A stretch of DNA of 64,000 nt from a virus (lineage: Duplodnaviria > Caudoviricetes): positions 1-64,000 of IMG/VR virus record IMGVR_UViG_3300020120_000082. One strand, given 5' to 3'. The notes under the pieces are model-generated. The model ran no database searches. It saw nothing but the letters and a program-made list of their open reading frames with translations, and was not told the DNA's origin. Position 1 is the stretch's first letter; every line of letters begins with the position of its first letter. The position numbers were made by a program, and so were the translations under genes. This document shows, piece after piece, positions 39,501 to 47,678 of the stretch.

Positions 39501-42500
39501 TTGGAATTCCGGTGCGCACGGCACGGCTTTCGAATTCTGGTCGACGCCATTCAACTCAACAACCATGGTGTACATCGCCGGAATCGATGACACCGGAGCC
39601 TCGTTCTCATCGACTCGCGCTGGTCTGGGCGTTGACATGACGGTTGGCAATGACTCGAATGCCAGCGGCTCTGATGGTCTGGTTCAGATTTACACCACCG
39701 GCTCTGGTAATAGCAGCCCCTATCTTCAGTGGGAAACTACTGATCCCGCTCGACAAGCTACCTACACATTTGGCATTGATCACGGCGACGGCGATAAGCT
39801 CAAGCTGACTAATGCATTCTCTGTTTACAGTGGCGTTATCCTGTCCATCACTACTGGCAGCGCCGTGTCCTGGGCTCAAAATCAGCAGACCTGGGGCAAT
39901 AACCTGATCAGGTTTGACGCTGCCATGGAGCTTGATCCATCCGGCGCTACCAATAATCAGGTTCTTTCGTACAACGGCTCCAAATGGGTTCCCACAACCG
40001 TCTCTGGGGTGGGCGGATCGCTATCTGGATCCGGCACAGCCAACCAAATCGCTTACTTTTCTTCTGGCAGCGTCCTGTCCAGCAGTTCAGCTTTGGTGTT
40101 TGACGCGAACAAGCATGTAACCGTCAATCCGCCCGGAGTCTCGGGTGGCACCCCCACGCTGTTTACGGTCAGCCAATCATTTGGCGACTCTGGTCTGACT
40201 GGCGAGACCATCAATATCAATTTCAACCTGGCCCATAACTATCCATTCACATCGGGCTCAGCGCCAGTGACGCAGCGTGCATTCCTGATTCAAGGGCCGA
40301 CGTACTCTATGACGTCCGGCTCTGGAACAATCACCACTGCCGCCACAGTAGCGATCAATGGCGCTCCAATCGCAGGCACTTCACCCAATGCGATAACCAT
40401 TACCAACAGCTACGCGTTATGGGTTCAGTCCGGAAATGTGCTGCTGGCGGATGGGCTAGGACTGGGCTCGACCACATCCGGCTCAACCGGCCAGTTGCGC
40501 CAGAGCGCTGACAACCAGATCTGGAATGGTAAAGTTATCCGGTTCGACGCTGCTATGGAGATCGACGCCACCGGAGCGACGAATGGATTGTTCCTGGGGT
40601 ACAACGGAACAAAGTGGGTGCCTACATCTGGCTCCAGCAACGCCGTGACTAACTCGGGTGGCGGTGCGCAGTACCGGGTCATGATCTGGAACAGTGCTGG
40701 GACCGCTACTGGTGATCCTGGCTTTACCATGGACTCGATCACCACCACCATTAACCCGAACGCAGTGGTGCTCAATAACCCGCTCAAGACGTTGCTGGTC
40801 AAACCGCCACAGCACACGCTCTCGCACAACGAGAACGAGAACATCGGCATCCACTTTGACTTCAGCCAGAACCAGAGTGGCCCTGCGCCGACGTCCGGCA
40901 GCATTGCCTCTGAACGCGCCTTCCTGGTAACAGCATCCAATATTGGTTTCAATACTTCTGGATCCATTCTGGATGCTGCAACCATGGCCATTACCGGAGC
41001 GCCGATAACCTCCGGCTCGCTGACAACTGTCTCGCGCAGCCATGCCTTGTGGGTGCAGAGCGGCGAAGTTCTGTTTGCAGATGGCCTGGATCTGGGAACA
41101 GCCTCTGGGGCTACAACTGGACAGCTACGACAATCAGCGGCCAGTCAAATCTGGAATGGCAAGACCATCCAGTTTGATGCAGCTATGGAGCTTGATCCAT
41201 CCGGGGCGACAACCAACCAGGTGCTTGGGTATAACGGATCCAAGTGGATAGCTCAGACTGTTACGTCTGGTTCGTCTTCTGCTCCATTAGGCTGGTACAA
41301 CGTCAAGGACTACGGCGCAACCGGCAATGGATCGACTGATGACACAGCCGCGGTCAGTTCAGCTATTACTGCGCTAACTTCTGGCAGCGGCGGTGTGCTG
41401 TATTTCCCGCGTGGCAGCTACAAGACATCGGGCGGGTTTTCCATAACCGTGCCTACCATGGTAATGGGGGATGGAAACGCCGACTCGCATAGCGACGTTC
41501 TCTTGCCTAATGCGACAACGCGTCTGCTATGCACTTCAGCTTCAGCTAATCTTCTAACCCTGAATTCGGCTGGTTGCTCAATTCGTGATATCGCGCTGAT
41601 CAATACCACCAGTGGTAGCACTACAGCCGGGGCTGGCCTGGTCGTCGCCAATCGTGACGACAATATGCACATTAGCAGAGTCTCGGTCAGCCGGTTCTAC
41701 AACTGTATAGATGTTCAGACGGCTTTTATGTGGCGTATGGATGGGTGTCTGATCATCAACCCGTTCCATTACGGCCTTAAGATCGCGGACAGCTACAACC
41801 CCGACTGGGGCGACTTCTCGATCTCCAATACAGAGTTTACCAGCGGTTCGTTTGACGGTGCTACCGCTATCCGGCACGAGTCGGGTGGTGGCATGTACAT
41901 GGCCAACTGCAAGATCGACGGTTGGAAAGCCACAACTTCCGGTTCAGTACACCGCTTTGCGCATGCTTACGATCTTTCGCCTGCCGGGACAACCAGTTCT
42001 AGCATCATCGAGATGGCGAATTGCAGCCTGGAGAATGTTTCCGGTGATGTGATCTCGGTCAATACCAGCGGCAGCACGAACTGGAAGTTCCTGATCTTCA
42101 ACGGCTTGCAATTTGGTCTGTATGCGATCACCGGTCACGCCATAAAGCTTTCGTCGGATACGCTGGGCAATCTCTCTAACGTCCTGATCTCGAACAACAT
42201 CTTCTACACCGACTATGGATCAGCGGCCAGCGCCGTCGACCTGACCAATGTCCAGACAGTGCAATTGCTGAACAATCTCAGCACCGGGTTTACGCCTTTC
42301 ATGATGCAGAGCGGCTGTTCAGGCGTCGTGGACGTGGATACCCTGTTCCACGCTGACTATCAGCAAACAACTTACAGCACCGGTAATATTTTGCTGGGCA
42401 CAAGCACTGACGGCTCTTTTGTTGACGCTGACTCGACGAATGCCAAGCTGTCATTCACACCATCCAACGCCGGTAGATATAAAGTCACATTCACGTTTAC

Positions 42501-42774
42501 TCACTACCGCAAAGCTGCGGCTCTGTCGACTTTGTTCGAGCTAGATGATGGAACCACGCAGTCCACCGTACAGCAAAGCTATACCGCTTTGGCTACGGCA
42601 GACAACACCGTCATTATCACGCTCAGCTATATCTTCAACTGGACAGCTACTGCCCAGACGGTCAAGCTCAAGAAGAAAGTCACTACAGCTACCACGGTTA
42701 CTGCCAACGAGATTGAAACGTTCTCCGGCACCAGCCAGGGTTTGCAGATGGAAGTATTCCGGATCGGTATATAG
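36520..42774 (+). CDS. Long tail fibre/receptor-binding protein with pectate-lyase-like beta-helix
   Basis: Six GQVL.YNGSKW.P-type repeats; NVKDYGATGNGSTDDTAA..GGVLYFPRGSY. Confidence 0.85.
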   Translation: MNRVPEFPPMMIEYLKLAKQSGSLSPFWLGGTGGAGGGGGAPPGGFIGQLPQSLVTYDTTEAATTSGSSSLVDNLNHIRYQLANAQYNAGVIGVEFAQSEYTAGNISLGTTVDGGWVDVDSTNAAISITPNSGGTFQATFGFVWLKGFTVDGNSMTMSFRLTDGTTNLDPQTFISGAQVISHPINLSGLFSWTNTTTRTIKLQKYLSATSTAPTYNQVTASSGASLHMDIFRLGSIATGFVSGSGAAGRVAYWTSGSVLGNDSNFTWDTTNSRLSIGKLALTAGSMSMAGSVFALDASMKIDPTGAINGQVLGYNGSKWVPVVSSGSQAGTTGSGSTGQLALWSSTSALFGLSSLDYVTGTTTKVRVGHSGDSFALGINATPDDYVTLQVTQPNWAGGSSPAALVVSPGSLTAQTGSPATFLSQSSIIIWNNANLPSSWAANIFSPPDVRAVSSGGVIPLASTLRISGAPTSGSNVTITSAYALEVTSGSVFFGGPLSLAGKFFTLDANMRIDPSGATNGQVLTYSAGTGKWIAAASSASGGGGASSISGAGASSRIAYFTSGSVIAGDTNFSWDTTNQKMIIGGTPASVPTGSTSSLVLIKESAAVSLSLFEYGSFQASVLTSRANGTAALPSNLLSGDTVGGLFVSGYGSTGFASSPRVRIQGIAAENWSDTAQGMYLGVTVTQPGTTTAVDAFDVKYDRVSIVGKDLILDASIELDPTAAVSNQVLTYNGSKWIPQTFSGISGISGSGATGDIAFWTSGSVISGNSTLFWDTATTPNRMIIGSNSGVVTGPQLILVSDSVSAGLSIEGYSISPTIASFRANGNKTSPTSVTNGQTMLSISARGYRSGAFNGVSTGRINFVAGEDWTSGSLATYLSFLTTGSGTATTSESLRLTSQRAFFGNPLNVPSVLNTANSQGLVVHSNTDGINSEIDIVAHGTSVAPIISGARSRGTTTVPTALQYRDTLLQLDSYGYDGSAWSNAQSSLRVTAESGWNSGAHGTAFEFWSTPFNSTTMVYIAGIDDTGASFSSTRAGLGVDMTVGNDSNASGSDGLVQIYTTGSGNSSPYLQWETTDPARQATYTFGIDHGDGDKLKLTNAFSVYSGVILSITTGSAVSWAQNQQTWGNNLIRFDAAMELDPSGATNNQVLSYNGSKWVPTTVSGVGGSLSGSGTANQIAYFSSGSVLSSSSALVFDANKHVTVNPPGVSGGTPTLFTVSQSFGDSGLTGETININFNLAHNYPFTSGSAPVTQRAFLIQGPTYSMTSGSGTITTAATVAINGAPIAGTSPNAITITNSYALWVQSGNVLLADGLGLGSTTSGSTGQLRQSADNQIWNGKVIRFDAAMEIDATGATNGLFLGYNGTKWVPTSGSSNAVTNSGGGAQYRVMIWNSAGTATGDPGFTMDSITTTINPNAVVLNNPLKTLLVKPPQHTLSHNENENIGIHFDFSQNQSGPAPTSGSIASERAFLVTASNIGFNTSGSILDAATMAITGAPITSGSLTTVSRSHALWVQSGEVLFADGLDLGTASGATTGQLRQSAASQIWNGKTIQFDAAMELDPSGATTNQVLGYNGSKWIAQTVTSGSSSAPLGWYNVKDYGATGNGSTDDTAAVSSAITALTSGSGGVLYFPRGSYKTSGGFSITVPTMVMGDGNADSHSDVLLPNATTRLLCTSASANLLTLNSAGCSIRDIALINTTSGSTTAGAGLVVANRDDNMHISRVSVSRFYNCIDVQTAFMWRMDGCLIINPFHYGLKIADSYNPDWGDFSISNTEFTSGSFDGATAIRHESGGGMYMANCKIDGWKATTSGSVHRFAHAYDLSPAGTTSSSIIEMANCSLENVSGDVISVNTSGSTNWKFLIFNGLQFGLYAITGHAIKLSSDTLGNLSNVLISNNIFYTDYGSAASAVDLTNVQTVQLLNNLSTGFTPFMMQSGCSGVVDVDTLFHADYQQTTYSTGNILLGTSTDGSFVDADSTNAKLSFTPSNAGRYKVTFTFTHYRKAAALSTLFELDDGTTQSTVQQSYTALATADNTVIITLSYIFNWTATAQTVKLKKKVTTATTVTANEIETFSGTSQGLQMEVFRIGI

Positions 42775-42795
42775 CAAAGGGGACCTAACGAGAAC

Positions 42796-44832
42796 ATGAC
42801 AACCGCGACGTTGGGACAAGATGTGGCCGGAGACAATCAACCGATTGGGAGTATGAATTACCCCGGCTGGTCGGCATCCGGTTTCAAGTTTGGCTGGGTG
42901 CAATTTGTACGTGGAATTAGGGTGATCAAAGATGCTATGGCTCATCTCCAGGGCATGCAGTCCAATGGATATCATGCGGCTGGGTATATCAATATCAGCC
43001 ACGGTGACACTGCTGGCCAGATGCGAACATTCCTGAGCCTGGCACCAGCCACGGATTGGCCCGATATGCTGGACGTGGAAGAAAGCACACTAACCGAGCA
43101 GGATGTTCGCGCTGCCTGTGACGAACACGATCTTAGTGGGCGCGACCTGGTGATTTATACCGGGTACTTTGCCTGGTTGGCGATTGTCCCGTTAGCAGCG
43201 CGGGCTCGCTACAAGAAATACAAAGTCGTGATCGGCGCTTATCCCAACGACACCCCACCGGGACAGACTATCCCAATGGATCCAACCAGCATCGCCAAGC
43301 GCAGCACACCACCTGCGGTTTTCAAGCCGCCTGTCCCATCGCCCTGGACGATTGACGATGTGCTCAGTCATCAGTACACCGGACAGGGAAGCCTGATGGG
43401 CAACAATGGCAAGCTATACAGTTTCCTGGATCTGCACCTGCTCAACCCGAATATCCAACTAGGAGATCCTATGGCATCGACCAATCTTGGATGTCTTTTG
43501 TTTGGCCATACCCAGGGCAATAGCTCCATCATATCCATCTATCAAGATATCCAGGCCAGGGCCAAAGCGCAGGGCAAGGTGGCTCGACTGAAGTTCATTA
43601 TCTCGGATGAAGATGGCGGCAAGATGTTGGACGCTGCCAATCTTAGTGTCGAGACAAGGATCAATCGCAAGCATCTTCCTGAAACGGGACCTAATCACTG
43701 GATGGAAGCTGGCGGAGATGCCGATGTACCACTGACAGATCAGCAGAAACAGGACTTCATCAACACGGCCAAAGCTTTGCCTTATAAAGCCAGCCCGGAC
43801 GAATTCAAGATGACCACTCATTTCCAGGTGACCGGAAATGAGTGGGAGCGCAACACGCCGCAGCAATGGCTGGACTATCTGGACCTGATCCAGCAAGTCA
43901 TCATTCAGGGCAAGCAGCTTGGCATTCACGACAAGGCTATGCTCATGGGCGTTCCAGACTCAGTTGCCGCCACGCTTGGTCCAGTGCATTACGCGATCCC
44001 GGTGTTCAATGCTGGATCACCGCACACCTGGGAGATGTACGAGGCGATCGCCGCCCATCCGATCTGGCCTATGGCTCAGGCTGAAGGTCACCTGCTGTTC
44101 TGCCACGAGGGCATTGCTTTCGACCAGCCATTTGATACCGGCGAAAACCAGCCAGTTGAACCAGGAAAGCCCATGGCACCCGGAGCCGGAACTGTCAATT
44201 TCCGAATCTTCAATCTGCTGTGGCTGTTGTGGCAGAGGGGGATTCGCGTCAAGTGGGGTGTGGGTGAATGGTACGACGGGCGTAAGCCCAGAGGCAGTGA
44301 TGTTGCGACTCGGGTGGCCAACATGATCCGGCACGACACGCTGCTGTCGCAGAGTCCATTCTCAGCGGATTGCGTCGGCTATGGACAGTTTCAGTTCGAC
44401 GACAACCCGAACAGCCCCTGGTATCCGCAGGACTGCACTGTTTTGTGGCAAACTGATGCCTGGCAACAACACGTTATTGATGTTAGCGAGAGGGTCAATG
44501 GAGGATCCGCCATGCCGTATTACACTGATCAGCAAGTCACGCAGATGAAAACAGCTTTCAACACCGCTATCGCTTCTGGAAACCAGGGCCTGGCCATTCT
44601 GGGGCAGGGGCATATCTGGAAAGCCGGAGATATTGCCCTGGCGAATGTCAATCCGCTGGTGACATTCAATGCGCCCAATGGGACAGTCCACGATCTCAGA
44701 CCACCGACTCCGCCTGGTGGTCCGATGATTACTTATGATCTGACAGTTCTGGCTGTCAGCCCAGATGGATTGTGGCTCCAGGTGGCCACAAACCCGCTCT
44801 GGGTGCGCACCGTGGATGTCAAGCCGAAATAA
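42796..44832 (+). CDS. Modular endolysin: GH25 lysozyme, second hydrolase-like domain, C-terminal SH3-like domain
   Basis: GQDV, LDVEE, VIYTG, HQYTGQG (GH25); NE..., HE.., GE second domain; DGLWLQV...WV. Confidence 0.7.
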   Translation: MTTATLGQDVAGDNQPIGSMNYPGWSASGFKFGWVQFVRGIRVIKDAMAHLQGMQSNGYHAAGYINISHGDTAGQMRTFLSLAPATDWPDMLDVEESTLTEQDVRAACDEHDLSGRDLVIYTGYFAWLAIVPLAARARYKKYKVVIGAYPNDTPPGQTIPMDPTSIAKRSTPPAVFKPPVPSPWTIDDVLSHQYTGQGSLMGNNGKLYSFLDLHLLNPNIQLGDPMASTNLGCLLFGHTQGNSSIISIYQDIQARAKAQGKVARLKFIISDEDGGKMLDAANLSVETRINRKHLPETGPNHWMEAGGDADVPLTDQQKQDFINTAKALPYKASPDEFKMTTHFQVTGNEWERNTPQQWLDYLDLIQQVIIQGKQLGIHDKAMLMGVPDSVAATLGPVHYAIPVFNAGSPHTWEMYEAIAAHPIWPMAQAEGHLLFCHEGIAFDQPFDTGENQPVEPGKPMAPGAGTVNFRIFNLLWLLWQRGIRVKWGVGEWYDGRKPRGSDVATRVANMIRHDTLLSQSPFSADCVGYGQFQFDDNPNSPWYPQDCTVLWQTDAWQQHVIDVSERVNGGSAMPYYTDQQVTQMKTAFNTAIASGNQGLAILGQGHIWKAGDIALANVNPLVTFNAPNGTVHDLRPPTPPGGPMITYDLTVLAVSPDGLWLQVATNPLWVRTVDVKPK

Positions 44833-44871
44833 GCATTATAATCAGCCCAACCCACCATAGGAGATTAGGCC

Positions 44872-45114
44872 ATGAATTACGATTTACGTTTGCAGAGTGT
44901 CAGCCAGGAGTACAACCAGCTTTTAGCTCAGCTTCAACAGCCCCTGTCTCGTCTCAGCTTTCTTCAGGGACAGATTGACATCTTGATGAGCATGCGAGCC
45001 GAAGACGAAGCGGCCAAGAAAGCTGCTGCGTCTGTCCCGGAGCCAGCCAAGTTCGGGGCCGTTCCCGAGCCAACTGAAACGGAAGCTCCGCCTGCACCAG
45101 CACCGCAAGTGTAA
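44872..45114 (+). CDS. Small coiled-coil hypothetical protein
   Basis: AGGAG RBS; last gene of the + arm. Confidence 0.65.
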   Translation: MNYDLRLQSVSQEYNQLLAQLQQPLSRLSFLQGQIDILMSMRAEDEAAKKAAASVPEPAKFGAVPEPTETEAPPAPAPQV

Positions 45115-45122
45115 GCTTAAAC

Positions 45123-45154
45123 AAAAAGAGCCTGCTGAATAGCAGGCTCTTTTT
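45123..45154. terminator. Bidirectional intrinsic terminator
   Basis: AAAAAGAGCCTGCT-GAAT-AGCAGGCTCTTTTT between the convergent arms. Confidence 0.9.
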
Positions 45155-45175
45155 GTTTTCCGTGTTTCAGATTTC

Positions 45176-46867
45176 TTATTCCGTCTCCAACCACTTCTCG
45201 GCTGGGCTTAGCGGTCTCAGCAAAAGCACCAGGTTGTCCACCCAGCCATCAGGCGTACAGGTGACGATCGTTGTCCAGTTGTCCAGGAGATCGGACATGA
45301 TCCGATCGTTCTTGTCGGTCACGATCATAACTTGCGCGACCACATAGGGCGCATTGTCAATCAGCAGGCGATCGCCAGGTTTAGACTGATACAAAATCGG
45401 AGCGAACGATTGATGGATGCCAAAATCGTTGTCACTGACGGCTCCAGCCACACTCAAAACGTGATGGAACGTTCCATCAGACCAGACTGAGCCATTGGCG
45501 ATCGAGATATTCAATCCGAGTGACGGATAGACGATCTGGCCGACAGGCACAGCATAACCATCCGCGGCAGTGCCTTCGTCCTTCACCCTTACAGATGGCG
45601 TGGCAATTGGCGTCAGATCAACGCAGGGACCGAACGTCCCCAGGCCAATTGAGCCAGATCGGCCCTGGTTATCCGTCCAGTCGGCGGTAGCGGTGCCGGA
45701 AGTCGACAGGATCTCATTCCAGCCTACTCCAACCGTCTGAAAAACGCCAATATTACCGCGCCAGATCTCGGATCCATTCAAGTACAGGATCACCGAGATA
45801 CCAACGTTGGCATTGTTGGTGATGATCGCCCCATCGCAGCTTGAAACGCCAGTCGGCGGTGTAAACGTGTGATTGACCGGCGTTTCGGTAGGTGTAACCG
45901 TCCCGGTTGGCGTTGGAACGACGGTTGTCGTCGGCGTTCCAGTTTCAGTCGGCAGCGGCGTATTGGTGGGCGTCACCGAAGCAATTGGCGTGCTGGTTGG
46001 GCTGGCCAGGGGCGTTTGGGTGGCTGTGGACGTGTTTTCAACCTGGGTTTGGCTGGCTTCAGGCGTCCTGGTTGCAGTTTGGGTGCTGGACGGCAAAAAC
46101 GTGGGCGTTTCGCTGGCCAGAGCCGTTTCTGTGGCAGTGGACGTATCGGAAGGCGTCTCCGTGTTCCCAGGCGTGTTCGTGGCCGATGGGGTAGCAGAAA
46201 TCACGGGATTTTCGGTGGTTGTTGGCGTTCCAGACGGCTCATTTGTTCTAGTCTCGGTCGCCGTGGGCTCCTGGGTGTGCGTTTGGGTAGGAGTGGCACT
46301 GGGAGCGGCTGTATTGGTCTCACTGGGGGCCAAAGTCGGGGTATTGCTAGGAATTTGGCTAGGAGTGGGCGTTGCGCTCGGAGTTTGGCTGGGAGCAACC
46401 GTATTGCTGGGCGTTTGGCTTGGATTTTGGGTATTGGTCCCGGTAGAAGTTGGAGCAGACGTCCCAGTTGGGGTGCTGGTGGCATCTGAGCCGCAATTCA
46501 GGCTGGGACTCTTGGTGTGCAGCGTATCCCCGCCGTCTTTGTCGAAAGCATCGACCCGGTAGTGCGGTCCACCGCCCCACTGTGATAAATCCAGGCTGTA
46601 GTTGTAGGGGCTGCTGGCTCCAGCCGGAACATCGGTAAAAATCAGCGGGTCTGATTGGACAAAACCGTTGCCCTGCCCCAGGTGTTGATCGAACAGCCGC
46701 AGTTCGAAACCCACGTTGTTGCCGTGAAACGTGACGGTGCCAGTCCCGTCACAATTAGCGGTGATGCTGTCAATCACCAGATCCCACTGGGGTAGGGCAG
46801 GGGGCTGACCGAGAAATGCAGACAGGGCTAAGATAACCCCTAGCGCCCAATATATGATACGTTGCAT
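45176..46867 (-). CDS. Secreted Thr/Pro-linker protein with C-terminal sortase-fold domain
   Basis: Signal peptide; about 210-aa TPT linker; G.I..PSLGL, H, KPGD, Y.V, TIVTCTP motifs. Confidence 0.65.
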   Translation of the reverse strand: MQRIIYWALGVILALSAFLGQPPALPQWDLVIDSITANCDGTGTVTFHGNNVGFELRLFDQHLGQGNGFVQSDPLIFTDVPAGASSPYNYSLDLSQWGGGPHYRVDAFDKDGGDTLHTKSPSLNCGSDATSTPTGTSAPTSTGTNTQNPSQTPSNTVAPSQTPSATPTPSQIPSNTPTLAPSETNTAAPSATPTQTHTQEPTATETRTNEPSGTPTTTENPVISATPSATNTPGNTETPSDTSTATETALASETPTFLPSSTQTATRTPEASQTQVENTSTATQTPLASPTSTPIASVTPTNTPLPTETGTPTTTVVPTPTGTVTPTETPVNHTFTPPTGVSSCDGAIITNNANVGISVILYLNGSEIWRGNIGVFQTVGVGWNEILSTSGTATADWTDNQGRSGSIGLGTFGPCVDLTPIATPSVRVKDEGTAADGYAVPVGQIVYPSLGLNISIANGSVWSDGTFHHVLSVAGAVSDNDFGIHQSFAPILYQSKPGDRLLIDNAPYVVAQVMIVTDKNDRIMSDLLDNWTTIVTCTPDGWVDNLVLLLRPLSPAEKWLETE

Positions 46868-46904
46868 GCCTATTCTCCTGAGCTAAATCACAAAAGCATG
46901 CAGA

Positions 46905-46920
46905 ATTCCAGATCTGGAAT
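46905..46920. repeat. 16-bp palindrome, copy 3
   Basis: ATTCCAGATCTGGAAT about 38 nt upstream of the 46867 start. Confidence 0.9.
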
Positions 46921-46941
46921 CCTGCTTAGGGTAAAACTGAT

Positions 46942-47277
46942 CTACTGCGGATCTTCGCCACGGGTGACAACCGTGCCATCTCCGTGTACGGCCACGACTT
47001 TTCCAGGTACACCCGGAACGGTGTCACCAATCGCAGGTTTCTTCGGACCAGCCTGTAAGCCTGGGGAAGCCAGCTTTTGATCGACGACTCCAATGCGGTT
47101 GTTTAGCCTGCCTTCAAGACTCTTCAGTTCTCCCCACAAATCCTTCTTCAGATTGGCCAGTTCTGCTTTCAAGGCGGCAACTTCATCTGTCAATGACGAC
47201 TTCTCTGGTACGACATTCTCTTCAACGGGTGTTTCGGTTGCGTCAGATGTAGCATCTTTCTTGGTTTGGGGTGGCAT
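46942..47277 (-). CDS. Hypothetical coiled-coil protein
   Basis: GAGGAG RBS. Confidence 0.7.
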   Translation of the reverse strand: MPPQTKKDATSDATETPVEENVVPEKSSLTDEVAALKAELANLKKDLWGELKSLEGRLNNRIGVVDQKLASPGLQAGPKKPAIGDTVPGVPGKVVAVHGDGTVVTRGEDPQ

Positions 47278-47288
47278 ATTTGATCTCC

Positions 47289-47678
47289 TCAGAGTTTCTT
47301 ATCGCCGTGACGATAAGGGCGAGTAACGTTGTATTCCATTTTCGCGGAAATGGCATGCTGCAAGTTTATTCCGTAATGCCCAGCCGTATCCAGGATGCGA
47401 ATAATGCAGTCGGCCAGTTCTACGGGGATCCCTTCCGGCTTTCCATCTAGGCCAAAGTAGATTTCGTTGTAGCCATGGCCATTGCGATACTCTTCCAGGG
47501 CTTCCGAAATCTCCGAGTGGAACATGGCGATCTGTTCACCAAAACTCTTCTCCTTTCCCTTTTCCCACCAACCCTTGCCAATTGCCCATTCGTTGACGGC
47601 ATGTGACAGGGAATTGATGGTGCGGCTCGAATCGAAACGTTCTACCCAGAGCTTCTCTTCTTGAACGACGTCAGACAT
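47289..47678 (-). CDS. MazG-like nucleotide pyrophosphohydrolase
   Basis: HSEISEALEE; KPEGIPVELADCIIRILD; KMEYN.TRPYRHG. Confidence 0.85.
   Translation of the reverse strand: MSDVVQEEKLWVERFDSSRTINSLSHAVNEWAIGKGWWEKGKEKSFGEQIAMFHSEISEALEEYRNGHGYNEIYFGLDGKPEGIPVELADCIIRILDTAGHYGINLQHAISAKMEYNVTRPYRHGDKKL

Noticed and set aside
40515-40527. Partial palindrome CCAGATCTGGAAT (also a partial match near 60092)
   Set aside because: Incomplete match inside coding sequence; may be chance
36520-42774. TSGS explained as a DNA-level repeat
   Set aside because: All codon positions vary, including TCN versus AGY serine codons
45869-46562. + strand Val/Gly-rich and Arg-rich ORFs
   Set aside because: Mirror of the Thr/Pro linker on the - strand
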